This document shows, in pieces, positions 18,809 through 29,530 of a DNA stretch of 64,000 nucleotides; the stretch's first letter is position 1, and every line of letters begins with the position of its first letter. Source of the DNA: an uncultured virus (IMG/VR IMGVR_UViG_3300008117_000029) (lineage: Duplodnaviria > Heunggongvirae > Uroviricota > Caudoviricetes); IMG/VR virus record IMGVR_UViG_3300008117_000029, positions 62,001 to 126,000 of that record; one strand, given 5' to 3'. The position numbers were made by a program, and so were the translations under genes. The notes under the pieces were generated by a model. That model was not told the DNA's origin. It saw nothing but the letters and a program-made list of their open reading frames with translations, and searched no databases.

Positions 18809-20647
18809 ATGGCGAACAGAAAAATATCATATACTACAAGAGATTATCAAGCAATAAGAACCGAGCTTCTTAATTACGTCAGAACATTCTACCCTGAATT
18901 AATTCAGGACTTTAATGATGCATCTGTTTTTTCAGTGTTCTTAGACATGAATGCCGCGATTGCCGACAATTTACATTACAATATCGATAGAAGTATTCAA
19001 GAAACAGTATTACAATACGCACAACAAAGGTCATCTGTTTATAACATAGCAAGAACTTATGGATTAAAGGTTCCTGGTCAAAGACCTTCAGTTGCACTTG
19101 TTGACTTTTCAATTACCGTTCCAGCCTTTGGAGACAAAGAAGATGAAAGATACCTCGGAGTTTTAACGAGAGGTTCACAGTTTACCGGTGGTGGGATTGT
19201 TTTTGAAAATATTAATGATATTGATTTTGCATCACCATACAACTCTCAAGGTTTTCCAAACAGATTGAAGATACCAAATTTCAACGCAAACAATGTCTTG
19301 ATAAATTATACAATTACCAAGAGAGAACTTGTCGTAAATGGTATTACAAAGGTTTTCAAAAGGGTTATTACCCCGAATGATGTAAGACCATTCTTAGAGT
19401 TATTCCTACCTGAAAAAAATGTTCTAGGTATCACAAGTGTATTGTTGAAAAATGGAACTGAATATACTAACATCCCTTCAGTTGCTGAATTCTTGGGGGC
19501 ACAGAATAGGTGGTATGAAGTTGACTCATTGGCCGAAGACAGAATCTTTGTTGAAGACCCGACCAAAGTTTCAGACCAGCCTGGTATAAAAGTAGGAAGA
19601 TATATTCAAACTCAGAATAGGTTTATTTCAGAATACACAGCCGAAGGATTCAAAAAATTAACTTTCGGAGGCGGAACAAATACCGCACAAGATGCATTAG
19701 ATGAATTTACAACTTTAGGTTTGACTGCTGAAATACAAAGATACTCTAATAATATGTCTTTGGGTGCGGCTTTAGTCCCTAATTCGACACTGTTTATTCA
19801 ATATAGAATCGGTGGTGGATTGGCAACAAACTTGGGAACAAATGTAATCAATCAAATCGGAACGGTTTCGTTTTATGTTAACGGACCATCAGAATCGACT
19901 AATTCGTCAGTGGTTAACTCATTGAGATGTAATAACGTAACAGCAGCTGTTGGAGGTGCTGGAGTTCCAACAGTAGAAGAGGTTAGAAACTATGTTTCAT
20001 TCAACTTTTCGGCACAAAAAAGAGCTGTTACGGTTCAAGATTATGAATCATTGATAAGAACAATGCCATCACAATATGGTGCACCTGCCAAAGTTTCAAT
20101 TACCGAAAATGATAATAAGATTCTCATCCAATTATTATCATATGACACCTCAGGAAAACTAACAAGTATTGTCTCAAACACGTTGAGACAAAATGTTGCA
20201 ACTTATCTTTCTAATTACAGAATGATGAACGACTATATTTCGATTTTGACTGCAGAAGTAATTGACCTTTCTTTTGAAATTTCAATTGTTCTCGACTCCG
20301 CACAAAATTCAGGACAAGTTATTACCGCTGTAGTGGATAGAATCTCTGCATACATGGACCCACTCGGAAGAGAAATGGGTCAGAATGTAAATTTATCTGA
20401 ACTCGAAAGTATTGTTCAAAACCAAAACGGAGTTCTGACAGTTGCTGACGTAAAAGTTTTTAATAAAGTAGGTGGTCAATATTCTTCAGCCGAAACGTCA
20501 ATGGAATATTCAGACCCAGAAACAAAACAGATACAACCTGTAGACAATACAATCTTTGCACAACCCTCACAGGTTTACCAAGTTAGATACCCAACAAAAG
20601 ATATCAAAATCTTAGTTAAGAATTTCCAATCTGTAACCTTTTCTTAA
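18809..20647 (+). CDS. Baseplate wedge protein, T4 gp6/baseplate J-like
   Basis: YTTRDYQAIRTEL, AQQRSSVYNIARTYG and AQKRAVTVQDYE motifs; follows gp25. Confidence 0.85.
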   Translation: MANRKISYTTRDYQAIRTELLNYVRTFYPELIQDFNDASVFSVFLDMNAAIADNLHYNIDRSIQETVLQYAQQRSSVYNIARTYGLKVPGQRPSVALVDFSITVPAFGDKEDERYLGVLTRGSQFTGGGIVFENINDIDFASPYNSQGFPNRLKIPNFNANNVLINYTITKRELVVNGITKVFKRVITPNDVRPFLELFLPEKNVLGITSVLLKNGTEYTNIPSVAEFLGAQNRWYEVDSLAEDRIFVEDPTKVSDQPGIKVGRYIQTQNRFISEYTAEGFKKLTFGGGTNTAQDALDEFTTLGLTAEIQRYSNNMSLGAALVPNSTLFIQYRIGGGLATNLGTNVINQIGTVSFYVNGPSESTNSSVVNSLRCNNVTAAVGGAGVPTVEEVRNYVSFNFSAQKRAVTVQDYESLIRTMPSQYGAPAKVSITENDNKILIQLLSYDTSGKLTSIVSNTLRQNVATYLSNYRMMNDYISILTAEVIDLSFEISIVLDSAQNSGQVITAVVDRISAYMDPLGREMGQNVNLSELESIVQNQNGVLTVADVKVFNKVGGQYSSAETSMEYSDPETKQIQPVDNTIFAQPSQVYQVRYPTKDIKILVKNFQSVTFS

Positions 20648-20720
20648 TTAGTTTATTTCGTAATCAATTCACTTATTTTTAAGTGGTGTGTGATTTCGTC
20701 TTTGAAAATTACAGTTAAAC

Positions 20721-20728
20721 TATTTATT
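20721..20728 (+). promoter_or_regulatory. TATTTATT motif, candidate late promoter
   Basis: 13 nt before ATG 20742. Confidence 0.5.
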
Positions 20729-20741
20729 GAAAAACTAGTTG

Positions 20742-23700
20742 ATGGGTCAATCCTATAGAATAAGAACCGAATTAGGTGTAAACAAAACAATTAATGTTCA
20801 ACTCGACCAAGACTTTGAATTTTTAGAAATTCTGTCTTTGACAATACAACAAACGGATGTTTATATAAGAGCTTGTGCTGATTACGGTGTGGTTGTAGGA
20901 AGAGTTACTGCTAATAACGGATTTGGATTACCCAACGCAAGGGTCTCGGTTTTTGTTCCTATCACTGAGGTAGACCAATCGAACCCTATCATTTCAAGTA
21001 TATATCCTTATAAGTCTCCTGAAGACAAAAATGAAGATGGATATCGATACAATCTCCTACCTTACGAAAGGTCACATAGCGGACACAATCCTACAGGAAC
21101 TTTACCAAGTAGGCTTGATGCATTGACCGCGTCTACGGTTGTTGAGTTATACGATAGGTATTACAAATTTACCGCAAAAACAAACGAAAGTGGGGACTAC
21201 ATGATAATGGGAGTTCCGGTTGGTAATCAACAATTTGTGATGGACGTTGATTTGTCGGACATGGGTGAATTCTCATTGACACCACAAGATTTAATTAGAA
21301 TTGGAAGGGCAACGGAATCACAAGTGGCGGGAAATAGATTTAGAAGCTCAACTGATTTGAATTCTCTTCCTCAAATTGTAAATTTGAATAGAACAATTGA
21401 AGTTAGTCCTTTATGGGGTGACCCTGATGTTTGTCAAATAGCAATCAACCGACTTGATTTTGATTTGAGGGATGATGCAAACATTGACATACAGCCTACT
21501 TCTGTTTTCATGGGTTCGGTTTATTCCACACCTGACAAGTTTAGGTTAAGACCCGATTTGAAATTAGGTTCTATAACAATAAGGGGTGGTAAACCGAGAG
21601 ATAATTTCGGTAACCTATGTTCACTTGTTGCAGGACCTGGTCAAATACTTGCAGTAAGACAAACAATTAATACTGACTTGAGCGGCAATCCAATTCTTGA
21701 AGAATACAGATTGGAACAAAGTGGAAATTTAATAGACGAAAATGGGGTATGGTTGGTAGAACTCCCAATGAATTTGGATTATTTAGTCACAAACGAGTTT
21801 GGTGAAAAAATTCTATCAAACGACCCAACGATTGGAATTCCCACTAAGGGAAAATATAGATTTAAAATTAAATGGCAACAATCAAATAGTCTAAGTGAAT
21901 CTGTCAAAAGACCGTATTTTTTAGTTCCAAACGTTAGAGAGTATGGTTGGAGTAGCACTGCGGTTGACCCAAACAATCCTAATGTTAACCCTCCTTTACA
22001 ACAAAGAAATCAACTAAAAAGTTCTTATTATTTTGGGCTAGATTGGTCAGGTTATACTAACGGGTTTTCTGTTCAGGACGCAACAACAAAACTTAATGAG
22101 ATGATAAACTGTGAAGACACATTTTATCAATTCGAATATAATAGAGTTTATACAGTTTCAGGTTTGATAGACCAATATAAAGATGGGGGTAGAGGAAGGT
22201 TTATAGGAATCAAAGAAATTGATGATGATTCATGTTCTGACACAGTGAATAAATTTCCGGTAAACGAAGGGTTCAAAAACTTTGACTTTTTATTTTTTAT
22301 TGTCTCACTTTTACTTCAACTCCTTCAGATTGTTTCAATCCCACTTTTAATTGCACTCCATTTTATAGTCTTCTTTTTAAATCTTTTGTTGGGTTTGAAA
22401 AATATCCTTATTGGTTTATTTGCGGCTTTAGTTGGATATCATTTATACCTTTTCGGAAAAGGTGTTATTAAAGGTATTAAACTTTATATTGAAGCTGGTA
22501 AGTTAACTGCGGCTGGTGCAAACTTGGTTGGAACTGGAGTTGCATCTATTGCTGGTGCTGCTTTAAAATTTTTGGCAGGTCAAAAAACTACAGAAGCAAA
22601 AGATACTTTAGCAATTGCAGGGAAAAACTTAGCAATTTCAATAAAATATGGATTATCTATTTTTGCTATAAATAAAATATACCAAATTTTCCGAGGTCAG
22701 AAAATAAAAGTTATATCCCTACCGGTATTAACATATCCAGACTGCCAAGGTTGCGAGTGTAAACCAAAAGATATATCTCAAGACCAATCATTAACATCAA
22801 GTCAAAGTGGATTACTCTCAAGATTCTCAGATTCAATTCAATATTATGAAAAATTATTAGCAAGCCCTTATGTTCAGTCGTTCGATGAGGATAGTAGAGA
22901 TGCGGTGGCACTTGCATTCGCAAGTGCTGCGGGTGGAAATGACGGTGACCCATTCAGTAGAAACTCATACAAGGTTATGGATTCAGGGGATGATGGTAGT
23001 ATTTTTATAGATGGTTGTCCTGTTGATTTTTTCGCTTACTCAAATTATCTCCCCTTAGGTGAAAGAGTTAATATTTTTAACACGAGAAAAAAATATTTTG
23101 ATGGTGTTAATCGTATCAAAGTTACATTTAATTCACCAAATAATTTGGTTAATCACTTGGATAATACACTTACAATCTTTTTGTCAGACAAACTTGAAAC
23201 TGGCACATTGTTAAGTTTTGTTAACCCCTTAGATACAACCGACGTTAACTTTAATTTCACAGGAAATACACCACAAACAAGTGGTATTTATGGACAGGCT
23301 CTTAATCCTGGTCCATCAACATATAATGTGGGATATTGTGACCCTAACAACCCTTATAGTAACCTCACAACAACCTACCAATTAAATAGAGGTTCCGAGA
23401 TAACGGGGTATACATATCCGGCGGATATCGAATATTATCAAGTAATTACTGCACTAACAATAAATCAAGCGATAAACTTATTTGGTGGAGCTCCAGATGA
23501 ATCTTTACCGCAAATTGTAAATTCAGGGACGGTTATTATTGGAAATAATCAGAAACACATTAAAATTCTTGGTATTTGTATCAACACTGGTTGGCTCAAC
23601 GGATATTACACCAACGAAATTCCTTATTCACAAATTTTCCAAGATTATGGAAATCAGTATATCACAATCTTACAAAGAGGTGTTGACCCGTATTCACCAA

Positions 23701-25796
23701 CCTACGTGAACAAATACGGTTTAGGAGTTCTTTTTGGTTTCAATGACCCTGATGCATTAACCTTGACCGCAGAAACAAGACTTAATATTCCAATCCAGAA
23801 ACTTAATTCCAATATAATGAGCGTTCAACCATTCACACAAAATGGTCAATCTGAAATATTTTACCCATCTCATTTCTTCAGGGGTGGTATAAATAACACG
23901 ACTGAAATAGGAAAACAGTGGTCAGCATTCACAACTTTCAACGTGGGATATTATAGTAGTTTGGATAGAACAACTAATCCATCTGGTTCATTAGATTTTT
24001 CAAACGGAGTCGTTTCTAGCCCATATAATGGTGCATACTCATCTATTGTAACAACACCTTCACAACGTGTTGGAAAATATAATACAGCTGAAGATATTTC
24101 TGGTGCAGCTTTCTTTTATGTTCAAGAATCTGGAAGGAGACCCAAAGATGTAGAAATAACCTATTACACAAATGTGTTCTTACCATCATTTACAGGTAAT
24201 CCAATGAATATTTCCACTAACACTCTAAATGTGATGAGAACCGACAGATTACCCTCTTCAGATAACTTGGATGGTGGAACTTGGACATTGAATCCCGCTT
24301 TGTTACAACAAAACATTGGTTTTGCAATTTATCAAATCTCTGCGTATGGTGAAGGTGCAATTTCAGTGGATGCTTACAGCACAGGTGCGGACATAACAAC
24401 CGCAGATATTGTAGGACAATACAGTTACACCAACGTTATAGATACATTAAATCTTTGTTCACAAATAGTTTCACTCAAATGTTACGAGGGAAATGGAACG
24501 ACATTTAAAGTGAATACAGGATGCACTGAAACTGATGCAGTAGTAAGCGGATGTTACCAGTTCTTACGAAGACCACTTTTGGATATTGGAAAAGATATTA
24601 GAAATTTTAATGAGTGGGCATATAGATTCCGATTTAACTATGGTTTGTGTAGAGGGGTTTTGTCTCAATCATTTACGAATAATTGGATAAACGGTTCTTT
24701 ATTTATGTTCCCAATCCAAATAGATGTATTTTTTGATTTGAACAATAAACCTTTGGCACCAAAGTATCCTTCAAGGTTAACTTATTTTGATAGTGATACA
24801 AACAATTTTTATTTTAGAAGTAGTCCATTTTTAAGTGGTTCAACATCTTCGAGATTTATAGGTTCCCCCGCAAATACATTAGGGCCACAATATTCAATTA
24901 ATTCGAGAAATCTTTTATTTCCAACAACAATCATAAATTTGGGTATGAAGGATTCGTTTTACCAAGAAATTATAATGGAGGCATCCGCAAAGGCTTATGT
25001 GATGTCAAATCTGAATCCTACAAGTTACTCCGACACATCAGATATTGTAAACCTATTTGTTCTTTCTAGAATCACGAGTGCGACTTTCTTACAACAAATG
25101 TTGGGATTGAGAGATAACTCAATCAATAGTTTATTCACGAGGTCATCGACAGTTGGAATTATTCAACCTAAGAATAGGGTGGATGCCGACTTGGTTCAAA
25201 TGATGTCAATTAATAGTGAAATTGGAATAGTTCCTTTCAGCACAGAATTTTATCCTTTTGATGCAAATGACCCGAACAATGCTGTTGTAGTTTTACAAAC
25301 CGCAGGTAATAATGTTATGGGAATATTCTTCTCATCCTCAACTGCAGATTTACAGATAAAAGACTATATTTCACCAGGGGTTATTAACTTCAGACCAGCA
25401 TCTAACGCAAATGCACTGACATATCCTTTCGGTATTAAATCACAAAGAGTTCCTTTTTATCAGTGGGGTTTAGAAGGCGGTAATTCAATTTTTGGAACTG
25501 AAAAAAATAATTGGAAAACGAACATATCAGATGGTATTATCTCTTACGAATATCAATCTTTGAGTAGAAGATTTACGAATGCACCATCTTATTTCAGTGG
25601 TTCATACAACAACGTAAGTGACATATATCAAAGAGGTTATATTTTTGCTGTTAACCAAAACCAACAATATTCTGCAACGGCTGGAACTTGGACAAACAAT
25701 TTTATGATTGGTGCTCCAAACCAGTTTTACTTTGGATTAGTTGCAGGTGCGTCTGCTTTGGATAAATTTAAGACAAAATATAGTGCAGATGAATAA
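20742..25796 (+). CDS. Large putative virion structural protein with an internal hydrophobic segment
   Basis: ~1684 aa from ATG 20742; N-terminal GVVVGRVTANNGFGLPNARVSVF (transthyretin/carboxypeptidase-regulatory-like strand pattern); hydrophobic stretch from ~22287; baseplate context. Confidence 0.6.
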   Translation: MGQSYRIRTELGVNKTINVQLDQDFEFLEILSLTIQQTDVYIRACADYGVVVGRVTANNGFGLPNARVSVFVPITEVDQSNPIISSIYPYKSPEDKNEDGYRYNLLPYERSHSGHNPTGTLPSRLDALTASTVVELYDRYYKFTAKTNESGDYMIMGVPVGNQQFVMDVDLSDMGEFSLTPQDLIRIGRATESQVAGNRFRSSTDLNSLPQIVNLNRTIEVSPLWGDPDVCQIAINRLDFDLRDDANIDIQPTSVFMGSVYSTPDKFRLRPDLKLGSITIRGGKPRDNFGNLCSLVAGPGQILAVRQTINTDLSGNPILEEYRLEQSGNLIDENGVWLVELPMNLDYLVTNEFGEKILSNDPTIGIPTKGKYRFKIKWQQSNSLSESVKRPYFLVPNVREYGWSSTAVDPNNPNVNPPLQQRNQLKSSYYFGLDWSGYTNGFSVQDATTKLNEMINCEDTFYQFEYNRVYTVSGLIDQYKDGGRGRFIGIKEIDDDSCSDTVNKFPVNEGFKNFDFLFFIVSLLLQLLQIVSIPLLIALHFIVFFLNLLLGLKNILIGLFAALVGYHLYLFGKGVIKGIKLYIEAGKLTAAGANLVGTGVASIAGAALKFLAGQKTTEAKDTLAIAGKNLAISIKYGLSIFAINKIYQIFRGQKIKVISLPVLTYPDCQGCECKPKDISQDQSLTSSQSGLLSRFSDSIQYYEKLLASPYVQSFDEDSRDAVALAFASAAGGNDGDPFSRNSYKVMDSGDDGSIFIDGCPVDFFAYSNYLPLGERVNIFNTRKKYFDGVNRIKVTFNSPNNLVNHLDNTLTIFLSDKLETGTLLSFVNPLDTTDVNFNFTGNTPQTSGIYGQALNPGPSTYNVGYCDPNNPYSNLTTTYQLNRGSEITGYTYPADIEYYQVITALTINQAINLFGGAPDESLPQIVNSGTVIIGNNQKHIKILGICINTGWLNGYYTNEIPYSQIFQDYGNQYITILQRGVDPYSPTYVNKYGLGVLFGFNDPDALTLTAETRLNIPIQKLNSNIMSVQPFTQNGQSEIFYPSHFFRGGINNTTEIGKQWSAFTTFNVGYYSSLDRTTNPSGSLDFSNGVVSSPYNGAYSSIVTTPSQRVGKYNTAEDISGAAFFYVQESGRRPKDVEITYYTNVFLPSFTGNPMNISTNTLNVMRTDRLPSSDNLDGGTWTLNPALLQQNIGFAIYQISAYGEGAISVDAYSTGADITTADIVGQYSYTNVIDTLNLCSQIVSLKCYEGNGTTFKVNTGCTETDAVVSGCYQFLRRPLLDIGKDIRNFNEWAYRFRFNYGLCRGVLSQSFTNNWINGSLFMFPIQIDVFFDLNNKPLAPKYPSRLTYFDSDTNNFYFRSSPFLSGSTSSRFIGSPANTLGPQYSINSRNLLFPTTIINLGMKDSFYQEIIMEASAKAYVMSNLNPTSYSDTSDIVNLFVLSRITSATFLQQMLGLRDNSINSLFTRSSTVGIIQPKNRVDADLVQMMSINSEIGIVPFSTEFYPFDANDPNNAVVVLQTAGNNVMGIFFSSSTADLQIKDYISPGVINFRPASNANALTYPFGIKSQRVPFYQWGLEGGNSIFGTEKNNWKTNISDGIISYEYQSLSRRFTNAPSYFSGSYNNVSDIYQRGYIFAVNQNQQYSATAGTWTNNFMIGAPNQFYFGLVAGASALDKFKTKYSADE

Positions 25797-27483
25797 CTAT
25801 AAAATTATACCGAGTAGTCTGACTTTCCAAAGTGCTCCTTTTGTTGACCAGGAAATCACCTTGACCTTACAAGAAAAACAACAAGAAATTACTGAATATG
25901 ATAGAAGTCAAACAATAAGTTTAGCTCAGGTTTATGACGATGAGAGACAGGAATCTACAGTCTTCAGACCGACATTCAAACTTAGTTATTTGTATTCCAA
26001 CACTTATACAGGAACAACTGAATACATTCCATTTAGAAATAATCTGTTTTATGTAAACCCTGAGGTTTCAACGGTCAGCACAATTTGGAAAGGATTCCCT
26101 CAGTTTTATGAGTTTGATTTCTACAGACCCGATGTTAAAGACCAACATTTTCCATATAAATCTAAAAGTGCTTATACCTACAATTGGACATATTATCTAA
26201 CATATCCTTACGAAAACCAATATAATAAACAATTAACATATTATTCTAATAACACACCAATCAATTGGGTTGCAGGAGACGGAATTCCATTTGAAATATT
26301 TAACTCACAACAAAATGGTGACAACATAATAAGTTTTAGATGTATTGCTCCTCATGGAGTTTTACCTAATGAATATGTCGAACTATCACTCACATATAGG
26401 AATGAAAAGATTTTCCAAGTATATTCTTTAGGTAACGGATTAGTTGAATCTGACCCTTATATCTTCAATGTTTTAAATGTTGGATACACTGGCTCTACTT
26501 TCAACAACGGAACTAGAGGAACTTTTAAAAGAGTTATCAATCCAGATAATCTTAATGAGACTAAATCGAAATACTACATCAAAAAACTAAAGGTTGTGAC
26601 AAATTTGGACGATATCATTGTAACAAAAGCTGGTTTTGAAAAAAATGTTTTTGGTGAAGAAAGAAAATTTGAATACAGTTCGATTACTCCCAATAAAGTC
26701 ACGAGGGTTTCTCAGAAGACAAGTAGTAACGCTTATTCGTTCACGTCCGCATACGATTTGGATTTCGCTTCCCTAAAAGATAACAACGGTAGACCGTTAA
26801 ACGAGATTAATCTAACTGTGATAAATAAAGGTTATTCAGGTTATTTCAATCAGCCTAATAATGGTGTCGGAATAAAACAGGGATGGGAATTCAATCTTTC
26901 AAAAAATATTAATCCGTGGTGGGATTTGAATAACACACAGTCAAACTCATCTATTCAAACATCAGCATATACTTTGACAAGTGGTGTAACAAAGACATTC
27001 ACTTATAATTTAGACTTGAAAAGAGCAGATGTTATTGATGGTGATTTTTGTGAGTGGAATGATTATGAACAAATCGAAAGGGTCATATCAAAATACTATC
27101 AAAAAATAAAATACAATCAAAGTGTGTTTCAAACAACAAATAACAGTAATACGAACTCACCTGGTTTTTACTATGAGCCACATATCCCTATGACCATAAG
27201 AATATTTTCAGATTACATCGAAACAGGAAATGTCGACGCGATTGAGAATATACCAAGCTGGGCTTTTTATTCTACCCAAGACAGAGAATTCAGATGGAGA
27301 GACCTATACACATATGGATTCAAAGATAGTTCAAACAGGGGTGTGGATTATCCTTTCTTTAACACGGCGCATTACCCTTTTGTATCTGCCGTATTTAGAT
27401 TAATACCTGAGGGAATAGATTACAATGAATCTATTTTAGGTGTAGATGAACCAATTAAACCTTTGATAGATGGATGTGAATAA
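25789..27483 (+). CDS. Putative structural protein (~564 aa)
   Basis: ATG 25789 overlaps the previous gene's 3' end and is preferred over TTG 25741; within baseplate operon. Confidence 0.6.
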   Translation: MNNYKIIPSSLTFQSAPFVDQEITLTLQEKQQEITEYDRSQTISLAQVYDDERQESTVFRPTFKLSYLYSNTYTGTTEYIPFRNNLFYVNPEVSTVSTIWKGFPQFYEFDFYRPDVKDQHFPYKSKSAYTYNWTYYLTYPYENQYNKQLTYYSNNTPINWVAGDGIPFEIFNSQQNGDNIISFRCIAPHGVLPNEYVELSLTYRNEKIFQVYSLGNGLVESDPYIFNVLNVGYTGSTFNNGTRGTFKRVINPDNLNETKSKYYIKKLKVVTNLDDIIVTKAGFEKNVFGEERKFEYSSITPNKVTRVSQKTSSNAYSFTSAYDLDFASLKDNNGRPLNEINLTVINKGYSGYFNQPNNGVGIKQGWEFNLSKNINPWWDLNNTQSNSSIQTSAYTLTSGVTKTFTYNLDLKRADVIDGDFCEWNDYEQIERVISKYYQKIKYNQSVFQTTNNSNTNSPGFYYEPHIPMTIRIFSDYIETGNVDAIENIPSWAFYSTQDREFRWRDLYTYGFKDSSNRGVDYPFFNTAHYPFVSAVFRLIPEGIDYNESILGVDEPIKPLIDGCE

Positions 27484-28402
27484 ATTTCAAATTTTAAGAG
27501 AGGGGGGAATATCCAAACAAATTAATATTCCGATTCAGATGACTTGGGATTATTTGGGTTTGGATGACTCTATTGATGAATATGAAACTCAAATAGTTAA
27601 AGAGGTTATTGGTGATGGTAGAGACTTTGAGGTAACAAGATTTAGTCACGCCCCACATAACAGCCCCTCAATCTTTATCAATCCAACGACGGGCCAAGTA
27701 ACTCAATCAAATATAGTTGGAGGTTCAGACTCTACTGTATGTAATTATGAATTTTATTTTTATTCAGGTGGTTCGATTAATGATTTGAATAATTGGCAGA
27801 TTAACTACTTAGGAGAAGGATTTACACCTCAAGACTTATACTACTATAATAACTCATTTACGAACTCGTTTTTTAAGTTGGACCTTTATGACACTCCTGA
27901 TGAAAAAAGACAAACAAACTACCTAACAATCATCATACCAACCCAACAAGGTCTGAAGATGGACACTCGAATGCAAAGAGCCACAGTCTCAGTAAAGAAA
28001 CCAAAGTTTATTTTGGATTTCATCGGAGACAAAGAGGGTTTCTTTATCTACTGGTTAAAGAAAAGAGAATTTTTGAACATATCAACATTCTATATGTCAG
28101 CCAAGTTTTATAACGCAGGAACTGGTCAATTTACCAAAATGATGACAGGTAGAGGATGGGACCCTCAAAGTTCGACTCCTCCTTGTCAACAACAATGGCC
28201 AACTCCATTTAATGTTGATAGAACCTTGGGACCACAGTCATGTATGTCGGTAGGAGAAAGAAATACATTCGACAACACACAATATTTTTATTACACAGTT
28301 CAAATAGATTATCCAACACAAACATATCAGGTGTATAATACTGCTGGACAAAGATTGGGAACAAGTATACCCATAAAATGGTTTGAATATATAAATCCAT
28401 GA
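27470..28402 (+). CDS. Putative structural protein (310 aa)
   Basis: Overlaps neighbours on both sides; no motif recognised. Confidence 0.6.
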   Translation: MDVNKFQILREGGISKQINIPIQMTWDYLGLDDSIDEYETQIVKEVIGDGRDFEVTRFSHAPHNSPSIFINPTTGQVTQSNIVGGSDSTVCNYEFYFYSGGSINDLNNWQINYLGEGFTPQDLYYYNNSFTNSFFKLDLYDTPDEKRQTNYLTIIIPTQQGLKMDTRMQRATVSVKKPKFILDFIGDKEGFFIYWLKKREFLNISTFYMSAKFYNAGTGQFTKMMTGRGWDPQSSTPPCQQQWPTPFNVDRTLGPQSCMSVGERNTFDNTQYFYYTVQIDYPTQTYQVYNTAGQRLGTSIPIKWFEYINP

Positions 28403-29505
28403 GTCAAGATTACTATAAGGTTATTATTTCACCTGAGACCGTAAAAGGGGATATTGCTGTTGTAAATTACAATAATACTTCAGTCGGTGTATATTCTGCA
28501 ATGACCAAGGTTGTGAGTTCAGGACCTGGTGGGTCCTCGTTATTGAAGGAGGTGTCGGTTCCGATATTACTTAGACAAAGTGCGGTTGATTGTGGCTATT
28601 ATAGTCCTTTTGACGGAGCGGTATTACAGAAAGATGTTGTGGCGAATTTTTTGTTCTCAGCAACTACTGGAAGTCCAATGACATATTATGTTTATAATAC
28701 TTCGGACCAATTCCAAAATTTCTTGCAGCTCTCTGCCTACAGAGTCGATTGGGGTGATAATTCACCAAAACAATCAATTACAAATTATGCACCCAATTCA
28801 ATAAACCATACATATCCCACTCCGCCAGTTGGAACTACAAAAGATTACAAAATCACGTTGGAACAAATCAACCCTTGGGGTGTAACAACTGTCACTAAAA
28901 CAATTTCAGTTCCTTACAGTAAAGTAACAATATTCAATCCACAAGGTGAATGTTTCTTTGCACCATCATTTGGTAATTGGATTGGAACCCCTGTTTCATA
29001 TGATTATATATTTTCAGGTGATGCAGAAAACAATGTTCAAGACCAAGTGAGTTCGAAATATATAACAATTCCGTTTACGGTGTCAGGGGTAAGTAGGTCT
29101 AGAATCACAGAATTGAAACCTTACGGTAATTTAACAATTAATCAAAGAATCAATTTACCAATCATAAATAATGGGGTGCTGTGGGGTTCAATTACTAATG
29201 TTGGAAATGGTTTTACTGCTTACACTATCCAAGACACCAACTATATTGACTATGGAGATGGAACTACAATTTTCTATCAACCATCATCTGGTTTAACCGA
29301 ATATAACATAACCGCGGTGCCGATAACAAAAAATGAAACTTTGCTTAAAGTAATGGACCAACCTCAGATTCAAACAAACGTATTTGTTGAGAGAGGGAAG
29401 AACAGTGCTTACGAAAGGGTCCAAAGACTTGGTGAGGTGGACAACTTGGGTGACATGATAAACTATGGTTATGGTTTTTTTAATGTCATTAAAAAAGATA
29501 CATAA
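28399..29505 (+). CDS. Putative structural protein with a PKD-like motif
   Basis: VDWGDNS...NHTY is typical of PKD/Ig-like domains; ATGA overlap. Confidence 0.55.
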   Translation: MSQDYYKVIISPETVKGDIAVVNYNNTSVGVYSAMTKVVSSGPGGSSLLKEVSVPILLRQSAVDCGYYSPFDGAVLQKDVVANFLFSATTGSPMTYYVYNTSDQFQNFLQLSAYRVDWGDNSPKQSITNYAPNSINHTYPTPPVGTTKDYKITLEQINPWGVTTVTKTISVPYSKVTIFNPQGECFFAPSFGNWIGTPVSYDYIFSGDAENNVQDQVSSKYITIPFTVSGVSRSRITELKPYGNLTINQRINLPIINNGVLWGSITNVGNGFTAYTIQDTNYIDYGDGTTIFYQPSSGLTEYNITAVPITKNETLLKVMDQPQIQTNVFVERGKNSAYERVQRLGEVDNLGDMINYGYGFFNVIKKDT

Positions 29506-29507
29506 AC

Positions 29508-29515
29508 TATTTATA
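29508..29515 (+). promoter_or_regulatory. TATTTATA motif, candidate late promoter
   Basis: 15 nt before ATG 29531. Confidence 0.55.
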
Positions 29516-29530
29516 GAAAAATAATTTTAT

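Noticed and set aside
20670..20685. Small hairpin CACTTA-TTTT-TAAGTG after the gp6-like gene
   Set aside because: Only 6 bp, AT-rich and no U-tract; too weak to call a terminator
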